Positions 17,655 to 26,134 of a stretch of 37,589 nucleotides of DNA are shown in pieces. The DNA comes from an uncultured Anaerolineaceae bacterium (GTDB lineage: Bacteria; Chloroflexota; Anaerolineae; Anaerolineales; Villigracilaceae). The DNA is taken from contig CAYNQA010000001.1 of NCBI GenBank assembly GCA_964399225.1, positions 1-37,589 of the forward strand, written 5' to 3'. Under the pieces are notes generated by a model that saw nothing but the letters and a program-made list of their open reading frames with translations, was not told where the DNA came from and made no database searches. The position numbers and the translations under genes were made by a program. How positions within the stretch are numbered: the stretch's first letter is position 1; each line of letters begins with the position of its first letter.

Positions 17655-18134
17655 ATGGATGGTAAAGTAACATGGGATGGAAACATGGTGTTTGAGGCGG
17701 TTGCAGATTCGGGAATGCCGATCCTGTTTGATTCGCCCTCCGACTCTTCGATCGCGAGACGCGGCCCCGGCCCGATGGAGATGGTCGCGCTCAGCCTGGC
17801 AGGTTGCTCTGCGATGGATGTGATCTCGATCCTAAAGAAAAAACAGCAGGATGTGACGGAATTCGAAGTCCGTGTTCATGGCGATCGGGCGGAAAATTAC
17901 CCAAAAGTCTATACGCGCGCCCGCCTTGAGTATCGTGTCACCGGCCGAAATGTGGAAGAGGCTGCCGTCGTACGTGCTATTCAGCTTTCAGTGGAGAAAT
18001 ATTGCCCGGTCCACGCCATGCTGAGCCGGGTTTTTCCTATCGACCTTTCTTATACGATTCTAGAGTCAGAAGGGCAGGGGAGTCCGCGGGTGGTTATCGA
18101 AAGGGAGCTTTCAGAGCCGGAAGATGTGCAGTAA
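17655..18134 (+). CDS. OsmC family protein (YhfA-like)
   Basis: GPGPMEMVALSLAGCSAMDV and SVEKYCPV (two conserved Cys). AAGGAG RBS. Confidence 0.93.
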   Translation: MDGKVTWDGNMVFEAVADSGMPILFDSPSDSSIARRGPGPMEMVALSLAGCSAMDVISILKKKQQDVTEFEVRVHGDRAENYPKVYTRARLEYRVTGRNVEEAAVVRAIQLSVEKYCPVHAMLSRVFPIDLSYTILESEGQGSPRVVIERELSEPEDVQ

Positions 18135-18138
18135 ATAG

Positions 18139-18170
18139 AACCGCGCCCGGAATTTATTCCGGGCGCGGTT
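18139..18170. terminator. Strong hairpin between convergent genes, probable bidirectional terminator
   Basis: Perfect 15-bp inverted repeat AACCGCGCCCGGAAT-TT-ATTCCGGGCGCGGTT; U-tracts are weak. Confidence 0.7.
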
Positions 18171-18182
18171 GATTTATAAAGA

Positions 18183-18602
18183 TCACCATCCGCGTATGTT
18201 CGCAAGAGTAATGCGAATGGCTGCAGCGTATTCTTTTCCGAATTCTTCCAGGGTGGAATTTAAGCTTTTGATCCCCTTGCGGTACTTAATAACATAGGCG
18301 GGAATAAGGTGCGCTTGTGGTGAGGATTCATCGATCCGCGCAGTGCCAAGTAAGACGATAACGTCTTGCTCACCTTTAGGATCCGAGTTGAAATGCAGTG
18401 AAACCTCTTTATGCCTGGCAATATGCTTCACTTTATACGCGCCCGGCTGGCTGAAAATCAGGATCTCGCCTTTATCCCAAACAAACCAGACAGGACGCGG
18501 CTGAGGCATTCCATTTTCTCCGACCGTCGTCAACCAAACCATGTATTCGTTTTTGATGTGTTTCCAAGCTTTGCGGCCAAATTTTGTTCTGAAGTTGATC
18601 AT
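18183..18602 (-). CDS. PPOX-class probable F420-dependent oxidoreductase (Rv3369-like)
   Basis: VWLTTV...GMPQPRPVWFVWD...IFSQP..KVKHI...VSLHF...KY...Y.AAIRI. Confidence 0.85.
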   Translation of the reverse strand: MINFRTKFGRKAWKHIKNEYMVWLTTVGENGMPQPRPVWFVWDKGEILIFSQPGAYKVKHIARHKEVSLHFNSDPKGEQDVIVLLGTARIDESSPQAHLIPAYVIKYRKGIKSLNSTLEEFGKEYAAAIRITLANIRGW

Positions 18603-18762
18603 TGGTCCTCAAAATAAGCGGAATTGCGTATAGGCAATACGGGTAGATTAAAAATAATAAAAATATTTTCTCGGAGCTGATATTGAAGCCAGGAGATTGC
18701 TGGCCGTGTTTTGCCTATTTCGTTCGTAACGAAGGCGATCAATGGTAGCGGGATGTCGACGG

Positions 18763-20226
18763 CTACGGCGCCAGGTCCGATCGGATCTGAGTGTAAAGGT
18801 CACCGCATTCGCAGGCAGTAATTATTAAACTGCCGCGCGTCATGGTTCCTTTATATGCCACACTCCCATTGTGCACGGTCCAACCACCGAGCACGAATGT
18901 GATCGGGCTGTCAGTGAGAATCCATTCACCGTTGTATTTCCGCCCGATGTGGACATGGGTTCCTGTAACGCGCCCGCCTTCGCAGGAGGGGTAGCCGACG
19001 GGGTCGCCGCGCTTTAGTTGAGCACCGAGCGGCGCGCGACCACTCGTGGCAAGGTGAAGATAGTAGATCGTCCAGCCGGTTCGTTCGTTGCCGTCTCCGT
19101 CGAGGTCGAGAACCACTGTGCCGAGTTCAGACCGGGCTACGATTCCATCTGCCATTGCTGTGACATAATATTTCGACTCCGCCACAAAGCATCCGCTTTT
19201 GTCGGAAGGAGGGGCGAAATCTATTGCGGTATAGGGTTGCATGGTTCCCCAGCCGGTATGCGGACCACCAGTGTAGGACCAGACTTGGCCGGCTTGGAAG
19301 GGCAGGGGCAGTTCCGGTTGGCGCAAGCTTCCAGGGATTAGAACCGTTTCGTCAGCCCATGGGTCACCGAAGAGTTCGGTAAAGGTTTGGGCGAGGCCGG
19401 AAGGTCCGATGGCTGTATCAAATTCAGGTCCAGAAACGATGCGGGAGAAGTAATATTTGATGCTGACCGAGGCTGCATTGTCCCAGGGGTCCGGGCGGAA
19501 GAGCTTTTCATCAAGCAATTCGAATTCGGTGAGACTGCCAGCCCGCCAACTGTAATAACCATGGTTCAGAATATTTGCCGCTTTCACAAGCTGTAGGTAC
19601 ACAGTGCCGGAGTATTCTTCTTCGAATCCGAGCAGGTATGGGTTGCCTGGTTTTTCGGGCTGAGTGATGGCTCCGGCTTGATATTCCAGCAGGGCGAGCA
19701 ACAAGCGCGGATTGACGCTGAAGTTTGTGGAAACATAATCCACAATACCTGCGCCGGTGCGCCAATTGCCGCCGGCATATGCCCGATACTTTTTCAACCA
19801 GCCATCTGTTTCGGCAAGATAGGCGGTGGTGTTGAAACCGATCAACGTTGGCCCATTGACCAGCGCATGATCGGGGATGACTTGATACGGTTCAGCCCAG
19901 AGCGGCAGATAGTAAATAGGAATCTTCATCGGCATGCCGGGAGGCATGGTTGTGGCATCGCGCGGAATGAAAGAATTTGCCGCGAATATCTCTTCTTCGG
20001 TGGTATTGAAGCGTTTGGCTAGTGCGGGGATGGTATCCCCGGTTTGCGCCACGTAATCTACGAGCTCGCCGGGGTTGTAGTGCGGACGCCCCGGCGGCGT
20101 AGGGCTGGGGAGCGCTTCTATAGTTGGCGTGGGGTTGATCTCGCCAAAGCCGAAAGGTGAAACCGGAGCGCAGGCAGTAAGCACTAAGGCGATGAAGAGC
20201 AGGAAACTAGGTATCGCTTTATTCAT
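18763..20226 (-). CDS. LysM-containing lipoprotein with LasA/beta-lytic (M23A)-like peptidase
   Basis: Lipobox LTAC, Pro/Thr linker, LysM (YVAQTGDTIPALAKRF), SVNPRLLLALLE pro-region, H-x12-D (HTGWGTMQPYTAID), YYLH, CEGGRVTGTHVH. Confidence 0.88.
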   Translation of the reverse strand: MNKAIPSFLLFIALVLTACAPVSPFGFGEINPTPTIEALPSPTPPGRPHYNPGELVDYVAQTGDTIPALAKRFNTTEEEIFAANSFIPRDATTMPPGMPMKIPIYYLPLWAEPYQVIPDHALVNGPTLIGFNTTAYLAETDGWLKKYRAYAGGNWRTGAGIVDYVSTNFSVNPRLLLALLEYQAGAITQPEKPGNPYLLGFEEEYSGTVYLQLVKAANILNHGYYSWRAGSLTEFELLDEKLFRPDPWDNAASVSIKYYFSRIVSGPEFDTAIGPSGLAQTFTELFGDPWADETVLIPGSLRQPELPLPFQAGQVWSYTGGPHTGWGTMQPYTAIDFAPPSDKSGCFVAESKYYVTAMADGIVARSELGTVVLDLDGDGNERTGWTIYYLHLATSGRAPLGAQLKRGDPVGYPSCEGGRVTGTHVHIGRKYNGEWILTDSPITFVLGGWTVHNGSVAYKGTMTRGSLIITACECGDLYTQIRSDLAP

Positions 20227-21820
20227 CAGGTTTTCGGAAGATGATCGACCAGGCCTGCCCGACCGGGTCGGCGATCACGGTGAGAGTCCCACGGGTCATT
20301 GTGCCTTCGTACGGCTTCGCCCCAGCATGTACGACCCATCCACCCAGCACCATTGGTATCGGACCGTCGGCTAGGATCCACTCGCCGTTGTACTTGCGTG
20401 CAAAGTGAAGATGCGTGCCGGTGGATTGCCCGCCTTCGCACGAGGCATGACCAACACGCCCGTCGACCTCAAGCCACGTTCCTTTGGCAACCCGATCTTC
20501 TGTAGCGATGTGAAGATAGAGCAGGTTCCAGCCGGTTTGTTCGAGTCCATCTCCATCCAGGTCGACAACAACCACCCCTTTTTCTGAACGAACAACAAGG
20601 CCAGGCGCAGCCGATAACACCCATGTGCGAGTCTCTTCGCAGCCGCCATGTTCAGTGGAGGGGGCAAAGTCCACCGCGGCGAGCGGACCATCATGCTCCC
20701 ATGCGCCGTGCGGACCGCCGGTGTAGCTCCATTCGCGGTTGGGCTCAAAGGGCAGCACCATGGTGGGCTGGGTCAGACCCGGCGGGATGAGCGGCTCCAC
20801 GGTGGCGGCACGCGCCCAGGGGTCGCCGAACATTTGCTCATAGAGTGCGTAGAAATTGTTCACACCGTTCGGGTCAAGGATCTGTTCCCACTCGGCGCGG
20901 TTATGCTGGCGCGAGAAGAAATATTGCAATGCCACGGTGCCCGCGTTCAGTTCGGGGTGGAGGCGCAACGTTTCGCCATCCGGGAATGTGATCTCGGTCA
21001 ATGTGCCGGTGCGCCAGCCGTAGTATCCCTCGTAGACCTGGTTGATGGTCCACACCAACTGCATGAACAACCCTTTATATTTCTTGCTTTCGAACCCCAT
21101 CGGGTATTCTTCAAGCAATGTGGTTGTTGGCGTGCTGTACACCCAGCGGCTTTCGTATTCAAGCAAGGCCAGTAACAGGCGCGGGCTGATGGAGTTTTCC
21201 CATGCGGCGCGTTCGATCGCCTGCGGACCGGTTGTCCAACCGGTGGAGCCGAGATATTCGCGGTACTGGCTTAGGTGTCCATTCGCATTCAGGATGAACT
21301 GCGTGGTGTTGAAGTTCGCGGCCGTCGCTGAAAAAACGATTTCTGCATCAGGCAGGACTTGCACATTCGGAGTAGTGTCGCCGTTCAGTTTTTTGGGGAT
21401 GAAGAGCAGGATGTCCGGCTCGATCAGCCCGCTGGCTGGAAGATTCTTCGGCGACGTGATCTCGCCTCGCTCCACCCCGAAGCGGGTCGCTACGGCTTCG
21501 AGCGTGTCGCCGCTTTGGGCATAATACAGGATCGGCTGGTTGAGCGGATCCGGGGTGACGGTCACGCCGGCGATGGGCGAAACAGGCAGGAACGTTGGCG
21601 TGAACGTGAAGGTGGGCGTGGGAAAGGGCGAGGGCAGAGTCGGCACGAGCGGCGACTCGGTCGGCGGGGCATCCGTCGCGATAGGAAATGCGATCGGGTC
21701 TTCGGAGTAATACAATGGCGTAGGTGTTGCGTATTGACCCCACAGCGACGATGTATTACGGCTGGCGCATGCTGAAAGGAGAATGGAAGCAACCGCAAGG
21801 ATGCTGGGCAGTCGTTTCAT
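20219..21820 (-). CDS. LysM-containing lipoprotein with LasA/beta-lytic (M23A)-like peptidase
   Basis: Lipobox LSAC, Pro/Thr linker, LysM (YYAQSGDTLEAVATRF), SISPRLLLALLE, H-x12-D (HGAWEHDGPLAAVD), LYLH, CEGGQSTGTHLH. Confidence 0.88.
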   Translation of the reverse strand: MKRLPSILAVASILLSACASRNTSSLWGQYATPTPLYYSEDPIAFPIATDAPPTESPLVPTLPSPFPTPTFTFTPTFLPVSPIAGVTVTPDPLNQPILYYAQSGDTLEAVATRFGVERGEITSPKNLPASGLIEPDILLFIPKKLNGDTTPNVQVLPDAEIVFSATAANFNTTQFILNANGHLSQYREYLGSTGWTTGPQAIERAAWENSISPRLLLALLEYESRWVYSTPTTTLLEEYPMGFESKKYKGLFMQLVWTINQVYEGYYGWRTGTLTEITFPDGETLRLHPELNAGTVALQYFFSRQHNRAEWEQILDPNGVNNFYALYEQMFGDPWARAATVEPLIPPGLTQPTMVLPFEPNREWSYTGGPHGAWEHDGPLAAVDFAPSTEHGGCEETRTWVLSAAPGLVVRSEKGVVVVDLDGDGLEQTGWNLLYLHIATEDRVAKGTWLEVDGRVGHASCEGGQSTGTHLHFARKYNGEWILADGPIPMVLGGWVVHAGAKPYEGTMTRGTLTVIADPVGQAWSIIFRKPDE

Positions 21821-21874
21821 GTTGTGGGGATTATACCTGTTCGAGGCGAGGGCAGTTTAGGCAGGATTAAGATT

Positions 21875-23494
21875 CTAGCGCTGGATGGTATTCAATTCAC
21901 TTATCGCCTCAAGCGCTTCAAGGACGGCGTCGCCTTGGGTCAGGAATCCGTCGTATTCTGCGCCGGCTCCGCTCGGGACCCAGTTATCCATCACGAAGGG
22001 AATCAGACCGTCGGCTGTGATCCACTCGCCATTGTATTTGCGGGCAATGTGCAGGTGCGTGGCGTTCGAGAAGCCGCCCTCGCACGAGGGGTGACCGATG
22101 CGATCTCCCGCACGGACGTAAGTACCAGTCTCCACGCGATCGCGAAATTCGATGTGCATGTAGAGTACTACCCAGCCGGTCTGTTCGTTGCCGTCACCAT
22201 CGATGTCCTGGATCACCTGACCATCACCAGTACGGACGATAAGACCATCCGTCACAGCTGTGACCCAGGTGTCAGTGGTGAAGCAGCCTGAGTCTTCCAC
22301 GATGGGCGAGAAGTCGAGAGCAGCCCATGCGGACCCGGAGTCCCAGCCGCCGTGCGGGCCGCCGGTGAAGACCCACGGCACGCCGCGTTCGAAGGGAAGC
22401 GCCATGCGCGGTTGATGCAACCAGGATGGGACAAGCGGCTCCACTGCGTAATCGAAGGGATGCTGGCCGAAGAGCAGAAAGTATGTGTTGTAGAAGCTGG
22501 ATGGGTTGAGTTCAGGCGCGCCCACATCGCTGGTCCATGTGATTCGGTCATCTAGCTTGGCGAAGAGCTGCTGTACCCCGGCCGTGCCGGCATTGATCGA
22601 TGGGGCGACAGGGGCGACGGATCCGTCAGCGAGGACCCAGGAGGCGATGGCGTTGGAGCGCCAATGGTAATAACCGCGGTTCAATTCATCGGCGGCGTAT
22701 GTGAGTTGATAATAGAGGCCGTAGCGCGACGGATCAGCGATGCCCAACGCAAAGTCGGTTTGAGCCGGGTAGGGATTGGTCACCCATCCGCTGCGATGTT
22801 CGATCAATGCAAGCAAAAGCCTCGGGTTGACCGAATAATTCTGTGAAACGAAAGTGATCACCTGGGCGCCTGTCATGTACTCGCCATTTACATCTTCCGC
22901 ATAGCCGGCAAGATACCCGCCTTGTTGCTGGATGAACCCCGCTACATCAAAGTTGACACTGGCCGGGCCGTAAACCAGTTCGGAATCGGGGATGATCTTG
23001 AATGATGACGGAGTTAACTCCGGCTGGGCGAGAGGGATGATAAGCACCTGACCCACGTCGAGCACGTCTGCGTTGCCAAGGCCGTTGGCTTCCATCACTG
23101 CTTCGATGCCAATCCCGTATGATTCGGCGATGCCCCCGAGCGTGTCGCCGGGTTGAACGACATACTCCTCCTCATTCGTGCGTGGGGCAGGGAGGCTGTG
23201 AGGTGCATCCGGGGTGGGTGTGAGGAAGAGTTGTCCCGCCGGGCGCAGCGGTGGAACAAGCTGGTTGAGCGGAACTGCCGTGGGTACAATGAACGGCGCG
23301 TCTGAAGGATACGGTGTTACTGCGGCAGGGCCTGCCCCTTCGAAATTAGGGGAATTCTGCGGTGCACCATCGAGAGGCAGGAATGGGTCATAAGTGGGGC
23401 GGGTCAGTGGCGATTCGTTATAAGCCTGTGTGCAGGCGGCCAGTACCGCTGCTGCCAATAGCGCGGTGATGAAGATGTGGAGGAAAAATTTCAT
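21875..23494 (-). CDS. LysM-containing lipoprotein with LasA/beta-lytic (M23A)-like peptidase
   Basis: Lipobox LAAC, Pro-rich linker, canonical LysM (YVVQPGDTLGGIAESYG...GQVLIIP), SVNPRLLLALIE, H-x12-D (HGGWDSGSAWAALD), LYMH, CEGGFSNATHLH. Confidence 0.9.
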   Translation of the reverse strand: MKFFLHIFITALLAAAVLAACTQAYNESPLTRPTYDPFLPLDGAPQNSPNFEGAGPAAVTPYPSDAPFIVPTAVPLNQLVPPLRPAGQLFLTPTPDAPHSLPAPRTNEEEYVVQPGDTLGGIAESYGIGIEAVMEANGLGNADVLDVGQVLIIPLAQPELTPSSFKIIPDSELVYGPASVNFDVAGFIQQQGGYLAGYAEDVNGEYMTGAQVITFVSQNYSVNPRLLLALIEHRSGWVTNPYPAQTDFALGIADPSRYGLYYQLTYAADELNRGYYHWRSNAIASWVLADGSVAPVAPSINAGTAGVQQLFAKLDDRITWTSDVGAPELNPSSFYNTYFLLFGQHPFDYAVEPLVPSWLHQPRMALPFERGVPWVFTGGPHGGWDSGSAWAALDFSPIVEDSGCFTTDTWVTAVTDGLIVRTGDGQVIQDIDGDGNEQTGWVVLYMHIEFRDRVETGTYVRAGDRIGHPSCEGGFSNATHLHIARKYNGEWITADGLIPFVMDNWVPSGAGAEYDGFLTQGDAVLEALEAISELNTIQR

Positions 23495-23501
23495 GCCGAC
23501 G

Positions 23502-23510
23502 ATTTTACCA
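23502..23510 (-). promoter_or_regulatory. Extended -10 promoter, probably leaderless transcript
   Basis: TGgTAAAAT ends 7 nt before the ATG at 23494; no Shine-Dalgarno. Confidence 0.6.
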
Positions 23511-23520
23511 AGTCCCCCGG

Positions 23521-23994
23521 TTATTTGTATTTCTTCCTCATGTTGATGTTCGTGATCTCAAACCCCATCTTTTTGTATAGCTCAAAGGCTGTGGCGTTAT
23601 GACCAAAGACGTGCAGCCCCATCGAATCGACGTCCATCGAGATCAGCAACTGATCCAGGGCTTGTAACGCTTGCTTTCCAAATCCCTTGCTGCGGAATTG
23701 CTCATAAATGAGGAAGTCAAAGCCAAAGGCGCGGCGGGGCGTTTCATCCATTTTGATCTCAACCCACAGCACGCCGATCTTCTGGCCGGTTTCTTCATTT
23801 ATGATGGTGTAGATGAATTCGTTTTTTGTGTTGACGCCGTCAGGCAGAAGGTGCATGAATTCGCCGCGCGATTTTTCGAGCGATTCAGATTCCTGCCACT
23901 GTCCACTTTTGACTTTGTCCTCGGCGTATTCGCGGATGCCGCGTTCGAGATAGGCGGGGAAGTCCGCTGGGTCCATGGGGACGAGTTTTACCAT
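23521..23994 (-). CDS. GNAT family N-acetyltransferase
   Basis: IYEQFRSKGFGK acetyl-CoA motif; LHVFGHNATAFELYKKMGF. Confidence 0.93.
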   Translation of the reverse strand: MVKLVPMDPADFPAYLERGIREYAEDKVKSGQWQESESLEKSRGEFMHLLPDGVNTKNEFIYTIINEETGQKIGVLWVEIKMDETPRRAFGFDFLIYEQFRSKGFGKQALQALDQLLISMDVDSMGLHVFGHNATAFELYKKMGFEITNINMRKKYK

Positions 23995-24006
23995 TTATAA
24001 AATTCC

Positions 24007-24795
24007 TTATTTTGTTTTTTCGGCTTGCAGGATACGCTCCGGGTGCGCATATAAATTAAATCTATTGCGGCGAGCGTACCCGATCAATGTGATGCCCCAT
24101 TTCTCTGCAAGCTCTATAGAAAGTGAAGATGGCGAGGTGCGTGAGATCAAAATGTTCGCACCAAAACGCACCGCCTTTTGCAACATCTCCGAACTGATGC
24201 GACCGGTGGTGATGAGCACCCGCTGATCGGGTAGGATGTTCTTCATCAGGCACAGGCCGGCGATCTTATCGAGCGTATTGTGGCGGCCGATATCCTCTGC
24301 CGATAGGATGATCTGACCCCCATCGCTCAACGCAGACGTGTGGACCCCTCCTGTTTCGCGGTACAACTCCTGCGACTCGAACAGCATTTCGACGAGGTGG
24401 CCGATCTGCTCTGCGGTGAGGGAAACCTCGCGTCCGCCCGGACCCGAACGGGGTCGCTGGATCGAATCGACGGCAGTCATCCCGCCGGAGCAGCCAGAGG
24501 TGCGCGTCCACTTGGTGGGCTTTTCCGCCGAACTGGTCAACCAGATATCTACGTTGTCGCCGTGTTCGCACACGCGCACATCGGCCACATCATCGATGGA
24601 ATTGATCACGCCTTCGTTGAATAAAAATCCCACCGCGAGCGCTTCAAGATGGACCGGGGTGCACATCAACGAGACCCACACTTCGCCGTTGACCGTCAGC
24701 GAGACTGGCGCTTCAACGATCGTATGGCTGGCAATGGTTTTATTGTCCCCGGTGTCGAATTGAACGTATTGGATGGGTTTGCGCGGTTCGAGCAT
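24007..24795 (-). CDS. fdhD: Formate dehydrogenase accessory sulfurtransferase FdhD
   Basis: LMCTP..LEALAVGFL..EG, TSGC, TGGVH, EDIGRHNTLDK, TGRISSEM. Start moved to ATG 24795 after GGAG. Confidence 0.93.
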   Translation of the reverse strand: MLEPRKPIQYVQFDTGDNKTIASHTIVEAPVSLTVNGEVWVSLMCTPVHLEALAVGFLFNEGVINSIDDVADVRVCEHGDNVDIWLTSSAEKPTKWTRTSGCSGGMTAVDSIQRPRSGPGGREVSLTAEQIGHLVEMLFESQELYRETGGVHTSALSDGGQIILSAEDIGRHNTLDKIAGLCLMKNILPDQRVLITTGRISSEMLQKAVRFGANILISRTSPSSLSIELAEKWGITLIGYARRNRFNLYAHPERILQAEKTK

Positions 24796-24825
24796 GGATA
24801 CTCCGTGTATGAATAAAAGCAATTG

Positions 24826-25092
24826 CTAAGCGCCGGTCTCGGGTGGACAAACCTCTTCTGTAGTACTTGCGCTGTCTTTGACTTTGTAGCTTTTCTTGTG
24901 CGCAGCCACAAACCGATCGGGGTCGGAGAGGAAAGCGCCGAGGCAGGAATCGGTGCAAAGGTAGATGCGTCTCCCGCGATATTCAGCTTGCGGAAAGTAG
25001 TCGGGGTCCGCGTGGAAGATGCGTCCGCAGATGGCCACGAATGTCGGGCGGGGCGGTTTTACCTCGGTCGTCTTATCGGTCGTTTCGGTCAT
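24826..25092 (-). CDS. Small YHS/TRASH-like metal-binding protein
   Basis: AICG...AEYRGRRIYLCTDSCLGAFLSDPDRF. Start moved to ATG 25092. Confidence 0.75.
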   Translation of the reverse strand: MTETTDKTTEVKPPRPTFVAICGRIFHADPDYFPQAEYRGRRIYLCTDSCLGAFLSDPDRFVAAHKKSYKVKDSASTTEEVCPPETGA

Positions 25093-25098
25093 GGGGTG

Positions 25099-25128
25099 AT
25101 TGTAATCTTTTCCGAGGAGAACGGTCAA
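25099..25128 (-). promoter_or_regulatory. sigma70-type promoter, probably leaderless, for the YHS gene
   Basis: TTGACC (25128-25123), 18-nt spacer, TACAAT (25104-25099), then 6 nt to the ATG. Confidence 0.55.
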
Positions 25129-25174
25129 AAGTCAAAAGTCGAAGGCTTCGACCTCAGACCTTAGGCTTTCGACT
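25123..25174. repeat. Degenerate heptamer tandem repeats in inverted arrangement
   Basis: GGTCAAA AGTCAAA AGTCGAA ggc TTCGACC TCAGACC TTAGGCT TTCGACT. Confidence 0.65.
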
Positions 25175-25182
25175 CTTCCCTC

Positions 25183-25434
25183 TCACTCCGCCAACCTGCC
25201 TATGATCTTGACGCAATCATGGATGAACACTTCCTCTTCGTGCGGAGCATCGGGGAGTTCGCTGGTCAGGTCCTGACCGGGGAAATGCAGGCGCTCGTGC
25301 ATTTCGGAACGCCACTTCGGGCAATCGGTGACATCGTAGACAATACCTTTGTGCGCGATGAATTTCCGCGACCCGCGGTCGCCGTTGTTGCGGCGCAGTT
25401 CAAGAAACGTGACAATGCGATCGGGTATGTCCAT
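25183..25434 (-). CDS. Cytochrome b5-like heme/steroid-binding domain protein
   Basis: FTxxEL-like start, FIAHKGIVYDVT...W...H...HFPGQDLT.EL.DAPH...IIG.L. Start moved to ATG 25434, 1 nt after the upstream stop. Confidence 0.85.
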   Translation of the reverse strand: MDIPDRIVTFLELRRNNGDRGSRKFIAHKGIVYDVTDCPKWRSEMHERLHFPGQDLTSELPDAPHEEEVFIHDCVKIIGRLAE

Positions 25435-25435
25435 T

Positions 25436-26011
25436 CTATTCTCCCAGCACTTTTTCCACACGCGGATCGGGGATGAACCAGATCACCGCAACGAATACAT
25501 AGCTCCCAACCGCGAACCAGGGGTTGACGAACGCCAACGGCACAGCGGCCAGGTAACTCACCAGGGAGATGTATTCCTTTGTATTGATACTGATCGCCTT
25601 TGCAAGCGTGGAGCCGGGGGCGTGAATTGCCAATAGAGCAAGTGTGAGGAGGTAATAAGCAAACCCTGCCATCAACAAGACGAACCCGTAGGCGGCCACT
25701 GGGGTGGCTGAAAGTTCGTTCTCGCCCATCCAGCCTGTTGCGAACGGCACGATGGACAGCCAGAACAGCAAATGCATGTTTGCCCAAAGAACCTTTCCGT
25801 TGATCCGCTCAACGATGTGCATCAGGTGATGATGGTTATTCCAATAAATGCCAACGAAAACAAAGCTCAGCAAGTAACTGAGGAACTTTGGCGCAACCGG
25901 CGCCAGTGACGCCAGCGTGTTGCCCTCGGGGATCTTTAATTCGAGCACCATGATGGTGATGATGATGGCGATCACGCCGTCGCTGAATGCTTCCAGTCTT
26001 GTTTTGCTCAT
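25436..26011 (-). CDS. TMEM175 family potassium channel
   Basis: RLEAFSDGVIAIIITIMVLE signature, SYLLSF...YWNNHH, 6 TM helices. Confidence 0.93.
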   Translation of the reverse strand: MSKTRLEAFSDGVIAIIITIMVLELKIPEGNTLASLAPVAPKFLSYLLSFVFVGIYWNNHHHLMHIVERINGKVLWANMHLLFWLSIVPFATGWMGENELSATPVAAYGFVLLMAGFAYYLLTLALLAIHAPGSTLAKAISINTKEYISLVSYLAAVPLAFVNPWFAVGSYVFVAVIWFIPDPRVEKVLGE

Positions 26012-26134
26012 TTGCACCTTTTTCGAAATTATACCCGTTCAAAATTGCAATCCCAAACCGCCCGAATTTTGAGATAATAGCGCCCAACCCGCCACAGGGT
26101 ATCCCGCCAGTGTAATGCGTACAGGAGACAACCC

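Noticed and set aside
18603-18762. AT-rich intergenic stretch as possible ncRNA or riboswitch
   Set aside because: No stable structure or known motif recognised; consistent with a promoter region.
21540-21730. Low-complexity repetitive DNA
   Set aside because: Explained by the Pro/Thr-rich linker of the lipoprotein; not a DNA repeat element.
25123-25174. Possible mini-CRISPR
   Set aside because: Units are 7 nt with no spacers, and there are no cas genes.
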